A stretch of DNA of 63,899 bases, filler included, from Ministeria vibrans ATCC 50519 (lineage: Eukaryota; Protista; Filasterea), in the NCBI GenBank assembly GCA_943704425.1. It is 4 parts of 4 records of this genome, joined end to end, with 100 filler letters (N's around TTAATTAATTAA, not from the genome) between each part and the next. Parts side by side here need not be neighbours in the genome. Positions count along the whole stretch, not along the records: positions 1 to 17,604 come from CALSCP010001414.1; positions 17,705 to 31,218 come from CALSCP010001405.1; 2 more parts are not named here. The stretch is one strand, 5' to 3'. The notes beneath the pieces are model-generated. The model saw only the letters and a list, made by a program, of their open reading frames with translations. It was not told the origin of the DNA and did no database searches. Position numbers and translations under genes: made by a program. Positions 12,901 to 24,092 of the stretch are shown piece by piece. Position 1 is the first letter of the stretch, and every line of letters starts with the position of its first letter.

Positions 12901-13150
12901 ATGCGCACTGCCCGTTGTGCTTCGACGCGGAATCGACACTGTCAGCTCTTGAGGGACAAGTGTCGCTGCAGCCGCCGCGACCGAACCGGCCTGTACCGCG
13001 ATACGACGGTACGACCTTTTGCCCAAGGGTGAGTCGTCTGGGAGAAGGATGAATCACGAGAACATTAAAGATTGACACTTTTGACATACCGATTCGTGAG
13101 ATGCGAGGCGACACTGATTCGGCTGGTTCAGTCGATCGAGACCGCCTCAT
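8599..13150 (-). CDS. PCGF/BMI1-like Polycomb RING-RAWUL protein with N-terminal triple paired zinc-finger extension
   Basis: Spliced translation: LVNEYLACGACFGYLIDPVTVRECMHHFCRSC..CPFPDC..RDHLLEDVVRKLVP (BMI1: [45 protein letters not shown]); C-terminal RAWUL-like LHPISPNVFMITSHKTLKKLRNIVAEACGVSDAEKIAFRCNG..RWKSRPLPMVLEYHLVD*; junctions from the ATG to the RING and within the RAWUL checked as GT-AG and in frame. Confidence 0.8.
10358..10494. repeat. (TTA/TTG)n trinucleotide microsatellite inside the RING-splitting intron
   Basis: Directly visible. Confidence 0.9.
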
Positions 13151-13344
13151 TGGCAGGCAATACTAAACAAAACTGTGAAATCACAATTATCACCTGTCAA
13201 TCAGCGAATATTCAAGCTGAATACTGATTGACAATTGACTCATGCAGTGTGTGTGTGTATTACGATTCCTCAATAATCTATTGTTTTGACTATTCACATT
13301 TATTTCTTCAGTGAGTTTTGCCCCCGTTCTCCCTGAATTGAGCA

Positions 13345-14230
13345 ATGGTGTTGTACTACCTTTCGACTGCGACGGAGCCGCCGACTGTGATCTTTGCGGG
13401 ACGTGACAAGCACGAGAGTAAGGAAACATGCAGATCATTTCTCATTTTGCTCACGCATCGTCCAATTAGATGAAGATTTGATCAAATGGGGCTGGCCCGA
13501 AGACGTGTGGTAAGAAGGAGAGAGGGACAAGAGCGAGCGAGCGCGACTCAGCGTGGCTTTGGCGCAGGTTTCACGTCGACAAGTTCTCGTCGGCACATCT
13601 GTACGTGCGTCTCGCCAAAGGACAGACCATTGCGGACATTACGCCGGCTCTTCTTGAAGATGTGTGTCAATTGACAAAGCACAACAGTATCAAGGGCTCG
13701 AAAGAACCCAAAGTTGCGTAAGTGTGCTGATTGGTCATCAAACAAGTACTGACTCAACTGTGCTTGTGCAATCGCCGCACAGCATTGTCTACACCATGTG
13801 GAGCAACCTGAAGAAGACGAACGGAATGGAGGTGGGCCAGGTTGCCTTTCACAAAGAAAAGCTGGTACAATATACATTGTGTGTGTGTGAGAGAAGAGAA
13901 TCAATGCGAATGTGTCGCACACTTGTGCAGGTTAAAAAGGCAACGGTAGAACGTGACACCACAGTGATCAACCGGCTGAACAAGACCAAGACGGAGCGGT
14001 ATCCGGTTGACTTGCGTTCCGAACGAGAGGCACGAGACGCAGCGGAACGCGAAGAGCAACGCGAAGCGAAGAAACAAGAGCGCAAAGAGGAAGAGGAGCG
14101 AATGCGATTGGAGTCAGAACAGCGCGACCTGAAGGCCTATCGGGGAGTGGTTGACAACGAGGAAGGGATGCGGTCTAATGTGGACATGGCCGCAATGAGT
14201 GTCGATGAGTATGAGGATGATTTTATGTAA
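13345..14230 (+). CDS. CCDC25: CCDC25 (NFACT-R/DUF814 domain protein), multi-exon
   Basis: Spliced: [84 protein letters not shown]. Confidence 0.92.
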
Positions 14231-14281
14231 AAAAAGGGGGGGGAGGGGAAGAAGTTTGTACACTGAACAAGAAACAAAAGG

Positions 14282-16569
14282 TTAGGAAGACTGCATAAGT
14301 GGCGACGATTCGTCGTTGATGACCAATTTGGTGTGTTGTTGCGGTGTTGGCGCGGTATCGCCCGCGCTACTGTGTGCATTGACACGAGCAGCAGCGCGTC
14401 TGAGGGTATGGGCAACAAAGAGGAAGGAGACAACAAGGGCGAGAGTGTAGACACAGAGCGAACCAAAGAAGACTTCGGAGGCAAAGGCAAAGGAGCGCAG
14501 CTGCACAAGGAGACCGCCCGCAATAGGTCCAAGAATGGAGCCCAAGGAGGTGGCGGACGAGAGAAGACCGCCCAGAACGGAGTAGACGGCCTCCGCCTGA
14601 CGGGTCAGTGTGTCGTCGGTGTCAGCGTGGTCATCGCAGTCGTCGCTGCCCCTGTTGTTGCTGTTGTTGCCTGGTGGTTGTGGCGTTGTGGTTCTAGTTG
14701 TCGGTGTGGTTGAAGCTGGTGTAGAGTCGTCGTTGGCGCTATGAGCGTCTGCCCCGGCTGGTGTGAGAGAGGGCGAGGCAAAGGTGGGCGGAGCACTGCG
14801 CGTCGAATAGAGGGATTGAGTATCGGCGGCAGTGTATGGGATAACATTCACTGTCACGTTGTATTCGTCGTTGTCGTCGTCGTCGTCGTCGTCGTCATCG
14901 TCGTAGAACAATTCGTCGTTGCTGGCGTGTGGGATGGGGGATGGGGGTTGTGTGAGGACGTGTGATGATGTAGTGCAGTTGGCGTCAGTGTGAGGATCGT
15001 GTGCAGGAATAAGAGTGCGTCCGGCGGGTGAGTGGAGAAGGTCGTGGTGGAGAATGTCGCGAGGGAAGCGGCCCGAGAGAGTGACAGTGGCACTGCGGCC
15101 GTGGACGTGCATGGTGTGTGAGTGGAGGCGCTGCTTCTCGAGTTGAGCTGCCGTGAGAGGAGCTTCCTGGTTGAGACGGAAGCGGGTTGTGAGGATGTGC
15201 ATCATGGCGGGAAGAATGGGAACCATGCCTAGAGCACCGCCAATACCAATAATGACCAGGGCGACAGCAGGGATGCCAACAGAGGGTGGCAGGAATGACA
15301 TGAGAGGTGGCAAGGGTCCAATGAGGGCGAGGCCGAGAGCCATCAGGGAGAAGCCCATAGTGAGGGTGAGGGGAGCGCCAATGCGGTCCGAAATGAGCCC
15401 CGCAATGGGCGACATGATAGCGTAGCTGAGACTCTGGGCGAGAAAAAGGAGACCGACGGTGCCCGGGGAGACGCCGTAGCGGGCCTCAACGGCCGATGAC
15501 AGGGTGGGTTCGAGAAAGCTGAACGCGGCGTAATTGAAGACACCGCCACATAGCAGACACCAGACGATGGGCTGACGCAGAGCAAGTGATGTGGGCGAGA
15601 GCTCAGTCTGGGCGTCGGCATCGTAGGCGTCGTCGTTGGTGTCGCCCGTCGAGTTGACGTCGGGCCGGATGTACACGTAGAGAAGCGGCAAGAGCAGGAG
15701 TAGTGCCGAGCCCGTGGTGAAGAATGGAAGACGGAACCCCCCCGCCTGGTAGAGAAAGCCTCCAATGGGGCTGCCGGCCATCAGACCGAGACCGCCAAAG
15801 GTCTCAAGAATGCCGATGGTGGTGCCGGTGTTGGAGGTGAAGTCAGACGCGACAATGGAGAAGGAGCCGGTCTCGGAGAAGGCAACGCCGACACCCTGCA
15901 CCGAGCGGATGACAATGGCAATGGCTAGCATTGGTGTGCCGTCTGGCACGAGGTACAGGCACCCAAAGCTGATGGTGGCGATGGCATTCAGAAACTCGCC
16001 GAGAAACAACACTCGGCGTCGTCCAAGACGAAGAACCCGCGCACCGACAAAGGGAGCGACCACAAACTGCACCAGAGCAAACATGGCAAAGATGACGCTG
16101 ACTTGGAACTCCGAGAGACCGTGTGCGGCGCCGAACTGGAGAGAGCGCGTGATTGTGTTATGTGTGGGACGATGTGAAACTTTTTCCATACCTGCGGGAA
16201 GAATGGCGCCATAATGGAGAAGACGCTGTTGCTGAGAAGATTTACAATGGATAGCGCTGCAACGGGAGAGTCTGGGGTGAGTCATTGTCGCGTCATGTGG
16301 ACGAGTTGATCAGATCAATAAAATGCAATACCGCACAGACAAACGAACCGATCACGGGTGTAGCCGAAGCAAGTCGACTCGGGCGGTGGCGGCAGCGTGA
16401 TGACTCTAGCCTTGCGTGCAATTTCGAGCTGCGTCATGATGGAGGCCACATCAACAGTGGTGTCGCCACCCACCACCGAATGGCGCCGCTGCCTCTCGCC
16501 CTCGGGTCGAATCGGTTCGCCGTGCACGCGAAACCGACTGCTGCGCGTGTACCTCCCCGAGGCGGGCAT
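14282..16569 (-). CDS. MFS transporter, SLC18B1-like, with long low-complexity loop before last helices
   Basis: About 12 hydrophobic helices; motifs SIMAPFFP, IRSVQGVG, GILETFGGLGLMAGSPIGGFLYQAGGFRLPF, SLGSILGPIAGG; short 5' exons from ATG 16569. Confidence 0.8.
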
Positions 16570-16889
16570 TTTGAATGAAAAGAAGTGAATTAGTGAAATA
16601 AGTGAAGTGACTTTTCGGGACTCGTGAAAAAAATTAGGTCCTGTAAGTGTACAAAATAAATAAATGCAATCTATTAAATTAATAATTATTGTCATTGAGC
16701 GGTTCTCGATTCTCTATTTATTTTCCTAATAAATAAATATAATATATTATTGTCTATTTTGTCTTGGTTCGAGTTTCGACATTGAATACAGCTCTCGTCT
16801 CATATTATAATTATTTCTAATAAATTTAAAATTATTATTGGAAGTGTCTTCTTTTTCGCCTAGAATATTAACTTATAAAAGAGTGACGT

Positions 16890-17362
16890 TTAATCGAGAA
16901 GCTTCTCTGTTCTCTGTGTTGCTTTTTTGATGCGCGCATTGTCATGGTCTGTCTTGATCTCAATACTAAAACAATGAAAAGGAAACAGACAAGTTTACCG
17001 TTAAAACACTATTGAATTGAAACAAATGAAAGGGTACCGATCCAATTGCTCGTTCTGACGGTCGAGTTCATCCCCCATGATGTGGGCCTGGTTCTTGAGA
17101 TTGCCCACAATAGACCCAATGGCACCGAGATTGTCCTCCATTTCGTCCTCGCGCGCATCGTTGGTCAGCCGGTTCACATACGAGCCCCCTTCCGCACTCG
17201 CCCCAGCCTTGTTCTGTCCCACGCAAACCCACGACAAACCAAAACACAATATAAGGAAGGATATTGGGGAGAAAAAGGGTGAGTCAGATAGCGTACCTGG
17301 CTGCCAGGCTGTGTTGTGATGGCCGGTCGGTCTCTGTCTACCTCGTGGTTAAACGCTGAGTT
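16890..17362 (-). CDS. SNAP25: SNAP-25/SNAP-23-like SNARE, C-terminal Qc helix (5' part lost in gap)
   Basis: YVNRLTNDAREDEMEDNLGAIGSIVGNLKNQAHIMGDELDRQNEQLDR|IEIKTDHDNARIKKATQRTEKLLD* closely follows the SNAP-25 C-terminus. Confidence 0.85.
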
Positions 17363-17400
17363 CTACACATAAATTATTAGCAAAAGGATATGGCGTTCTA

Positions 17401-17556
17401 TCGCTTTGTTTCTCTCTCTCTATCACTTTGCTCTATCACTTTGCTTCTCTTTCTCTATCACTTTGTTTCTCTCTCTCTCTATCACTTTGTTCTATCACTT
17501 TGTTTCTCTCTCTCACTTTGTTTCTCTCTCTATATCACTTTGTTTCTCTCTTTCTT

Positions 17557-17604
<48 letters not shown>
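17401..17604. repeat. Intronic CTCTATCACTTTG(TT) units and (CT)n
   Basis: Directly visible, runs into the gap. Confidence 0.9.
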
Positions 17605-17704
17605 NNNNNNNNNNNNNNNNNNNNNNNNNNNNNNNNNNNNNNNNNNNNTTAATTAATTAANNNNNNNNNNNNNNNNNNNNNNNNNNNNNNNNNNNNNNNN
17701 NNNN
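17605..17704. other. Artificial scaffold spacer N44-TTAATTAATTAA-N44
   Basis: Identical 100-bp structure occurs three times; linker has stops in all six frames. Confidence 0.97.
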
Positions 17705-17809
<105 letters not shown>

Positions 17810-17827
17810 CTTTCTCGTTCACCAAAC

Positions 17828-19397
17828 CTGATGCTTCGTGATGAGCGCAAAAACGTCTCCTCTGCGCAGTCGAATGTAAATGGACAGTGACTTGTCGTAC
17901 TGTTTGTCGTGTGCAAACAGCTCTGCGAGTGTCTCTTTCAGCAGAACACTCCGTTGTGGGTCCTAACAAGGAGGCAACAATAAACGACACGTATATTTAT
18001 AATACATCTAATATATATTCATATAATATGAATATATATAAAGAGACAGCGACAGAGACAGATGAGAATACACAATACCTTTTCAATGCGCTGTTCAACT
18101 GTCGTGATGATCGTGTGGATGTTGTACAGATCCGGAGGCCACGAACACACGGTCGCCTTAAAGCCCGCGTAGTCTGGAGTGAGAAAAAGTCAGCCACTCA
18201 CGCACTCGTTCAAGATATGTGTTACAGTTGCATGCTGTTTCTTACCTGAGCGGAGGAACCAGTTGAGAACTGTCTCGTAGACAGTGCGGCTGAGACGCGC
18301 ACTGGGCGGGTTAATGGGAATGTATGGACTGATGGCGCGCAGTTGCTGCAGCTTCTCAAAGTGAAACACCCACTTTTCCCACAGCTCAACGTTCTGTCCT
18401 AACACGCGCGGGCATACTTTGGCCGCACTATATTCGAGTACACCGCGAACGAAATATGTGAGCCAAACAAGAGAAAAAAAGACAAGAGGTCACGTACAGG
18501 TCGTATTGGGCAGAGTCAATGAGAAAGGCCAACCAGCGCTGGCCAATGCCCGCCACAGTGTAGTCCTTGAGCTGTTTCTCCTGCGCCTCGGCCGCATCCA
18601 GTGCCTCACTGAACTTATCGCGCTCCAGGAGCCACGTCAAGTGGTCATCAACGTCACGCGGCTTAGCCACCACCACATCCTACAGAGAGAGAGAGAGAGA
18701 GAGGAGAGAAGAAAGAAACAAAGTGATAGAGAGAGATAATAAATGAATGAATGAAATGAGTGTTTTGAAATGAGTGTTTCGTTCGGTACCTTCGGGCTGA
18801 CAATGTAGAAAATCTTCTCATCAGAGAGATAGGCGAGACGGTAATCATTGCACTAAAATGAAAAGAGACGGCAACATAGACAGTCAGTTTAAACGCACTT
18901 ATTATCTATCACTCTATTTCGCTCTCCCTCCTCACATTTTTCTTTTCCTATCTCCTCCCTCCCTCTCTCTCTCTCTCGCTCTCGCTCTCAAGAGTCTTAC
19001 TTGGTACGCCTCAAACCCGTGTACACTCAGCGCATCACTGGAAATCTCCTCATTGGTGGTAGTCACAATGCGCAGTTCAGGACGATGCGCACTCGGCACA
19101 CGACCAGTCCCTAAACACAAACACACGCAAATAAGAGACGCATCCCGACTACACACACAACACAATACAACACACACACGTACACACACACACCTCACTC
19201 ACTCGCTCCTGCAACACAACACAACTCATACCGTCGTCTTCATCTCGCTGATACGCCAGCAACACAATGTCGTTCTCTCCACATGGCGCAATCCCCGCAA
19301 TCAAAAACTCTGTCCGGAACAGCGCAACAATCTCCACACACCGATTGGGCAATCCTAACGTAGAAACAAATAACAAGATAGTCTCAGTTTCTCTCTG

Positions 19398-19490
<93 letters not shown>

Positions 19491-20673
19491 ATTGTATACC
19501 TTGCTGCAGCTCTGAGCGAGGCTTCTCGCGAACCACCGCCACTTTAACAGTGTTTGCCCAGCCAATGAGCAGCGTCGTGTTGTTCTTCCAACACAGATTG
19601 GGTCGGTACAAATCGGGTCGCGGCGCATTCTTTCCTCGATCAATGTAGGTGATTCGCTGTTGGGATGAGCAGTCGTAGATTTTGACGCCGTAGTCGTTGG
19701 CCCAGGCAATGAAGGGCCCGCGCCACTTCACTGCGTGGATTGTCCCTTCCCCTGCGTGAATCTCGTACCGCTTCGCTTGAAACCAACTCTATATTCACAT
19801 ATACACACATATAATATATAATATAATTATGTACGTGAGACACGTATATCACAATTGCAATGCTGTGCAAGACCTTTTCGTTCATGGTGAGCTGACCGGC
19901 GAGACCGCCCGCCACAACGCGATGTGTCTTCTTGCGCGAGTAGTCCGGGTCGAGCGCAACCGATTTGAGAGGCCGCTGAAACGATGTCGACATGTTGTCG
20001 GCCGTCTCGTACAGTCCGTTGACGACAATCTTGCCGTCGTCGGCGCAACTTGCAAGATAATCACCTCCGCCATCAATGGAAATATCGTTGACCGTTGCCT
20101 GGTGCGCCGGAAACCGCTTGATCTCGTTGCCGTTGAAGTCCAAGACGTGAATCACGCCCCAGTGCGTGCCCAGCGCAAGAAAGCGGCTGTGCACCGCAAT
20201 GCAACTCGCTGCGTCCTTCTTCAACAACTGAAAACACACAAACACACACAACATCATCAGAAAAAGAAAAAAAAAAGGTCAAATGTCCCCTAAAACGCAA
20301 CTGACTCGGTCCCGCCAGGCACACACACACACACACACACACCCTCCAGACGCCCACACACGACTCCATACCTCGACCACACTGGCACCGACGCGCTGAT
20401 ACTTGAGCGTCGGCTCTTCCTCTTCCTCTTCGTCCTCCTCCTCGTCCGTCTCGCTCTCCTGTCCGTCCCCCGCCCCGCCAGCATCGCCCTCCTCCGAGTC
20501 CGTCACGTATTCTCCCGACGACGTGTCATCCCCGTCCTCCTCCGCCCCTGCCGGCCCCGCAACGGCAGCAGGCGCACTCTGAAACGCAACACAGTGAGAA
20601 TCCGAATCGTAAACCCAACGCAAAACAGCTCTCTTTCGTCAAATACCTGCTTTGCAGCTTCTGCGTTACTCAT
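17828..20673 (-). CDS. VPS41: VPS41 (HOPS subunit), multi-exon, 3' part lost in gap
   Basis: Acidic N-terminus then EPTLKYQRV..KDAASCIAVHSRFLALGTHWGVIHVLDFNGN; WRGPFIAWANDYGVKIYD; VVAKPRDVDDHLTWLLE; IYIRLRRGDVFALITKH. Confidence 0.93.
19399..19488. repeat. (CA)n intronic microsatellite
   Basis: Directly visible. Confidence 0.95.
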
Positions 20674-20795
20674 GTTCACACTGGCAATGTAGTTTGGACT
20701 GTAACGGCCCAAACCGAACTTTCAGAGAAACTAAAATGATCTGAATTTCGATTCTTTTTATTCATTTCAATTTTGTGATTCACAGATTTTTTCCA

Positions 20796-21982
20796 ATGCT
20801 TGTCGGTCTGGTACTGGCTGGTATCTGTGTAGTTGCCAGTGGCACGACTGCATTCAACCAAGTCAGCCTGCTTCGTACGCATTCAAGTGCATTTGCGTAC
20901 ACTGTAACAATTCCTTTTGAATCACAGCGACAACTCCGCCGAGTCCCTCTCCCCGAATGTATGCGCTCACGGTCACCGACGGTGACTCAGACGTGCAGTT
21001 TCTGATCAACGGAGGGTTCTCCACCGACCAGACTGTTGTTAATGACACGGTAAGGTCCAGTGTGTCCACCAGCATCGTCCAAACGCTTCGCCCTCTCTGT
21101 CCAGTGGATATGGACTTCCGTTTCGAACTCATGGCTCAAATTAGTCCCCGTCAACGACCCACCGCAAGCCCGGTTTGCCCATGGTGGTGGAATCGTCCAA
21201 GACGAAGCCAGTGGCGACGAGAATTTGGTCATTTTTGGGGGCACGAGTCGAGTAAGTCACACAACATACAAAATAGTGCACTCGATCTGAGTCGGCTTAC
21301 CCTCTCCGCGAAGAGTGGATTTTTATTCAGTGATACGTGGGTGCTAAACTTGAAAAGTGTCTCTTGGCGTCAACTATACCCGCCTGTGGCGCCGGAAGCG
21401 CGCTGTTTCATGTCTACCGGCGTCTACAACAACAACGTCTATCTCTTCGGCGGCGACCCCAACCTTCTCGATGTACCCGAAACCATCACAGATCCCGCCT
21501 TTTGAACACGTCTCCCCGCTCCCCCCTCTCTTTTTTTTCTTCTTCTCGCACACCGACAGATTAGAGGCGCCGACATTCTCAACGACCTGTGGCTCTTCTC
21601 GCTCGCCAACGAGACCTGGACTCAACTCAAACCCGCTTCAAGCTCCGCACTGGTGCCCCCCGGTCGTCTTTCCGCCTACATGGCAGTTGTTGGCGACGAA
21701 ATTGTTCTATTTGGTGGTCTTGGCGATCGATATAACATTTACTCCGACACATGGCGCTATTCCTTTGCCGCAAACAACTGGAGTAAGCACTTGCAAACTG
21801 ATCTGTACAATAAGTACATCACTCACACGATCATACCACTGTATAGCACTTGCATTGATCAACGTTACGACGACCAACCTGCCGCCATGCTACTCGGGCT
21901 GTGCGACGTCCTTTGGCGAGCAGTACATGTATATCTTTGGCGGTATCACTTCGACAGTGGAGTATCTGAATCAGGCGTATCG
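20796..21982 (+). CDS. Secreted kelch-repeat protein (5' portion), multi-exon
   Basis: Signal peptide MLVGLVLAGICVVASG; kelch motifs PPQARFAHGG..LVIFGG, VYLFGG, PPGRLSAYMAVVGDEIVLFGG, YMYIFGG. Confidence 0.7.
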
Positions 21983-22064
21983 GTAATTTCTCTCTCTTTT
22001 TACTTTGTTTCTCTCTCTTTATCACTTCGTTGCTTTTCTCCTCCTCCTCCTCCTCCTCCTCCTC

Positions 22065-22106
<42 letters not shown>

Positions 22107-22179
22107 TCTCTCTGTTTTATCCAATCTCTCACTCTTTCTCTTATCTCTTATACTCTTTTTATTCCGGGGTGTTTGTTAG

Positions 22180-22968
22180 GTCGTGTGTTGAACATTACTG
22201 TGAACAGTACATCTTCCTTTGATGCACCTAAACTGCTCAACTACCTGTCGTCGCCTAATGTACTCGTGTGGAGTGCTGCATGTGCCTCCTGTGCCCTCAA
22301 GGGGCTTTTTGCGCCCGTCGAACTCAAAGCGAAGGTACACTTTTGTCTCTCTGTACCAATTTGTCTTTTTTTCTCTCTCTCTCTTTCAAGTGCCACTCAC
22401 TCCTTTCTCTTTCATGTGTATAGGACGTTGACGGGCGCATTGTGCCGTGGATTCCTCCGTCGTTCTCGAGGCAGCGCAACCACGAGACGGGCACGGAAAC
22501 GACGACAGAGCACCGGGCACAGTGGAGCGATGGGTCGGTTGAGAGTGACCTCCCGACACAGCGCCTGAGCGAACTGTTCAACGTCAACCACTTCATCGTG
22601 TGCCAAGTCAACCCGCACGTCGTGCCATTTATGAGCGAGTGGAACAACCGCGCGTCCCTCTCCTCCCTCATCCCCATCAGCCTCCGCCGTCTCGTCAGCT
22701 CCGAAGTCCGCTTCCGCGCCCACCAGCTTAGTGCATTTGGCTGGATGCCCAAGTTCATGGCGTCCGTTCAGCGCCTGCTTGCCCAACGCTACGACGGCGA
22801 CATTACTATTGTGCCCCAGATCAGATACTCAGACTATCTCAGAGTCGTCGAAGTACCCCAATTCCGCATCGCTATTCAAGTATCCTTACACTTTCTCTAT
22901 TTAGAATCCGTCACGCGATTTCATTCTGTATGCAACTGACGTGGGCCAACACGCAGCCTGGCAAAGTA

Positions 22969-23054
<86 letters not shown>

Positions 23055-23270
23055 TAGCAGGGTATTTATTTTCTTTATCTCACACTCTGGTTTTGTTCTT
23101 TTTAGAACTGGCTATTATCGACAACCATCTGCGCATTGAACTTACTTTGGATCGTCTTTTGCGTCGTCTCTTGAAAAGGTTCGATGGTTTCAAAAACTAT
23201 CTTCTCATTGCTGTAACTTTCTGCTCTCTCTTGCAGTAATTGCAAAGCATCGACGACTCTTGACGATTAA
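22180..23270 (+). CDS. Patatin-like triacylglycerol lipase (TGL4/SDP1 family), C-terminal half only
   Basis: GRVLNITV..PKLLNYLSSPNVLVWSAACASCA..WSDGSVESDLPTQRLSELFNVNHFIVCQVNPHVVPF..QRYDGDITIVP; GxSxG half not seen. Confidence 0.85.
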
Positions 23271-23405
23271 AGTGTCCATTTGGCTGCGTCCACCTGTTAA
23301 TACACACTACGTAACTTCTTTCACTCCATCGAAAGCAATGTGAAGTTCCAATTCAAATGCATAACGTAATAATTTTCACACACACACAGTTTGTACAATC
23401 GGTCG

Positions 23406-23929
23406 TCATCGATCCTTGTTCTTCTTGATATGCCCCAGCACGCGCGCACGCGACATCTTCTGCAGCAGCTGGGTGGGGATCGTCACGCCCGTCACAGAGG
23501 CGCGGTTCAGGCGCTGTGTGTGCGCTTCGTCAATGCCCAGCTGCAGCGGACGAGGCCCAAGCTCAGCCGCCTTGAGGAGAGACGCGTCAGCACATGCCGC
23601 GAATGAGAGGAGGGAGCGCAACACACACGTATGCCTTACCGGCGAGATGTACGGCGTGGCAATCGCTAATAAGTTTTGGCGTTCCTGTAAAGCACAAAAC
23701 GAATCAGCATTATTAAAAAAAAAACCGAACGTTTTTCTCTCTCTTTCTCTTTCTCTTTCTCTTTCTCTCTGACGCCGCGGTGCATCAGCACAAGGCAACC
23801 CATGTACACGCCGCACACCTTCTTCATCTGCTTCAGCGTGTTCAGTCGGCGTGTTCTCGTCATTGGTTGGATTTTGCAGTTTTTGCCAAACCATTGGGCA
23901 CCGCCAAACAGAACTTGAGTCACACGCAT
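23406..23929 (-). CDS. MRPL57: Mitochondrial ribosomal protein mL63 (MRPL57/MRP63), 3 exons
   Basis: Spliced MRVTQVLFGGAQWFGKNCKIQPMTRTRRLNTLKQMKK|ERQNLLAIATPYISP|AAELG aligns with human GRQWIGKHRRPRFVS..EAENHYWLSMPYMTREQE. Confidence 0.7.
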
Positions 23930-24092
23930 CGGGGAGGGGGCAGCTCCTCGTCACTCGCTCGATTGATGGACGCTGGCAACTAACTAAAATGATTAATCAT
24001 TAATGAATGAAATTGGTTCATAATAATTGATATTGTATAATGTAATGTTCATTCTCTTCTCACTTTCACACATACACACGCTCATAAACAAA

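Noticed and set aside
7369-13026. Zinc-finger exons as a transposon (BED finger/hAT) or Fanzor remnant
   Set aside because: No DDE or RuvC motifs, terminal repeats or TSDs seen; exons splice into host-type genes
17605-17704. TTAATTAATTAA palindrome repeated three times
   Set aside because: Always centred in exactly 44+44 Ns; an assembly linker, not biology. Adjacency and distance across these gaps are unverified.
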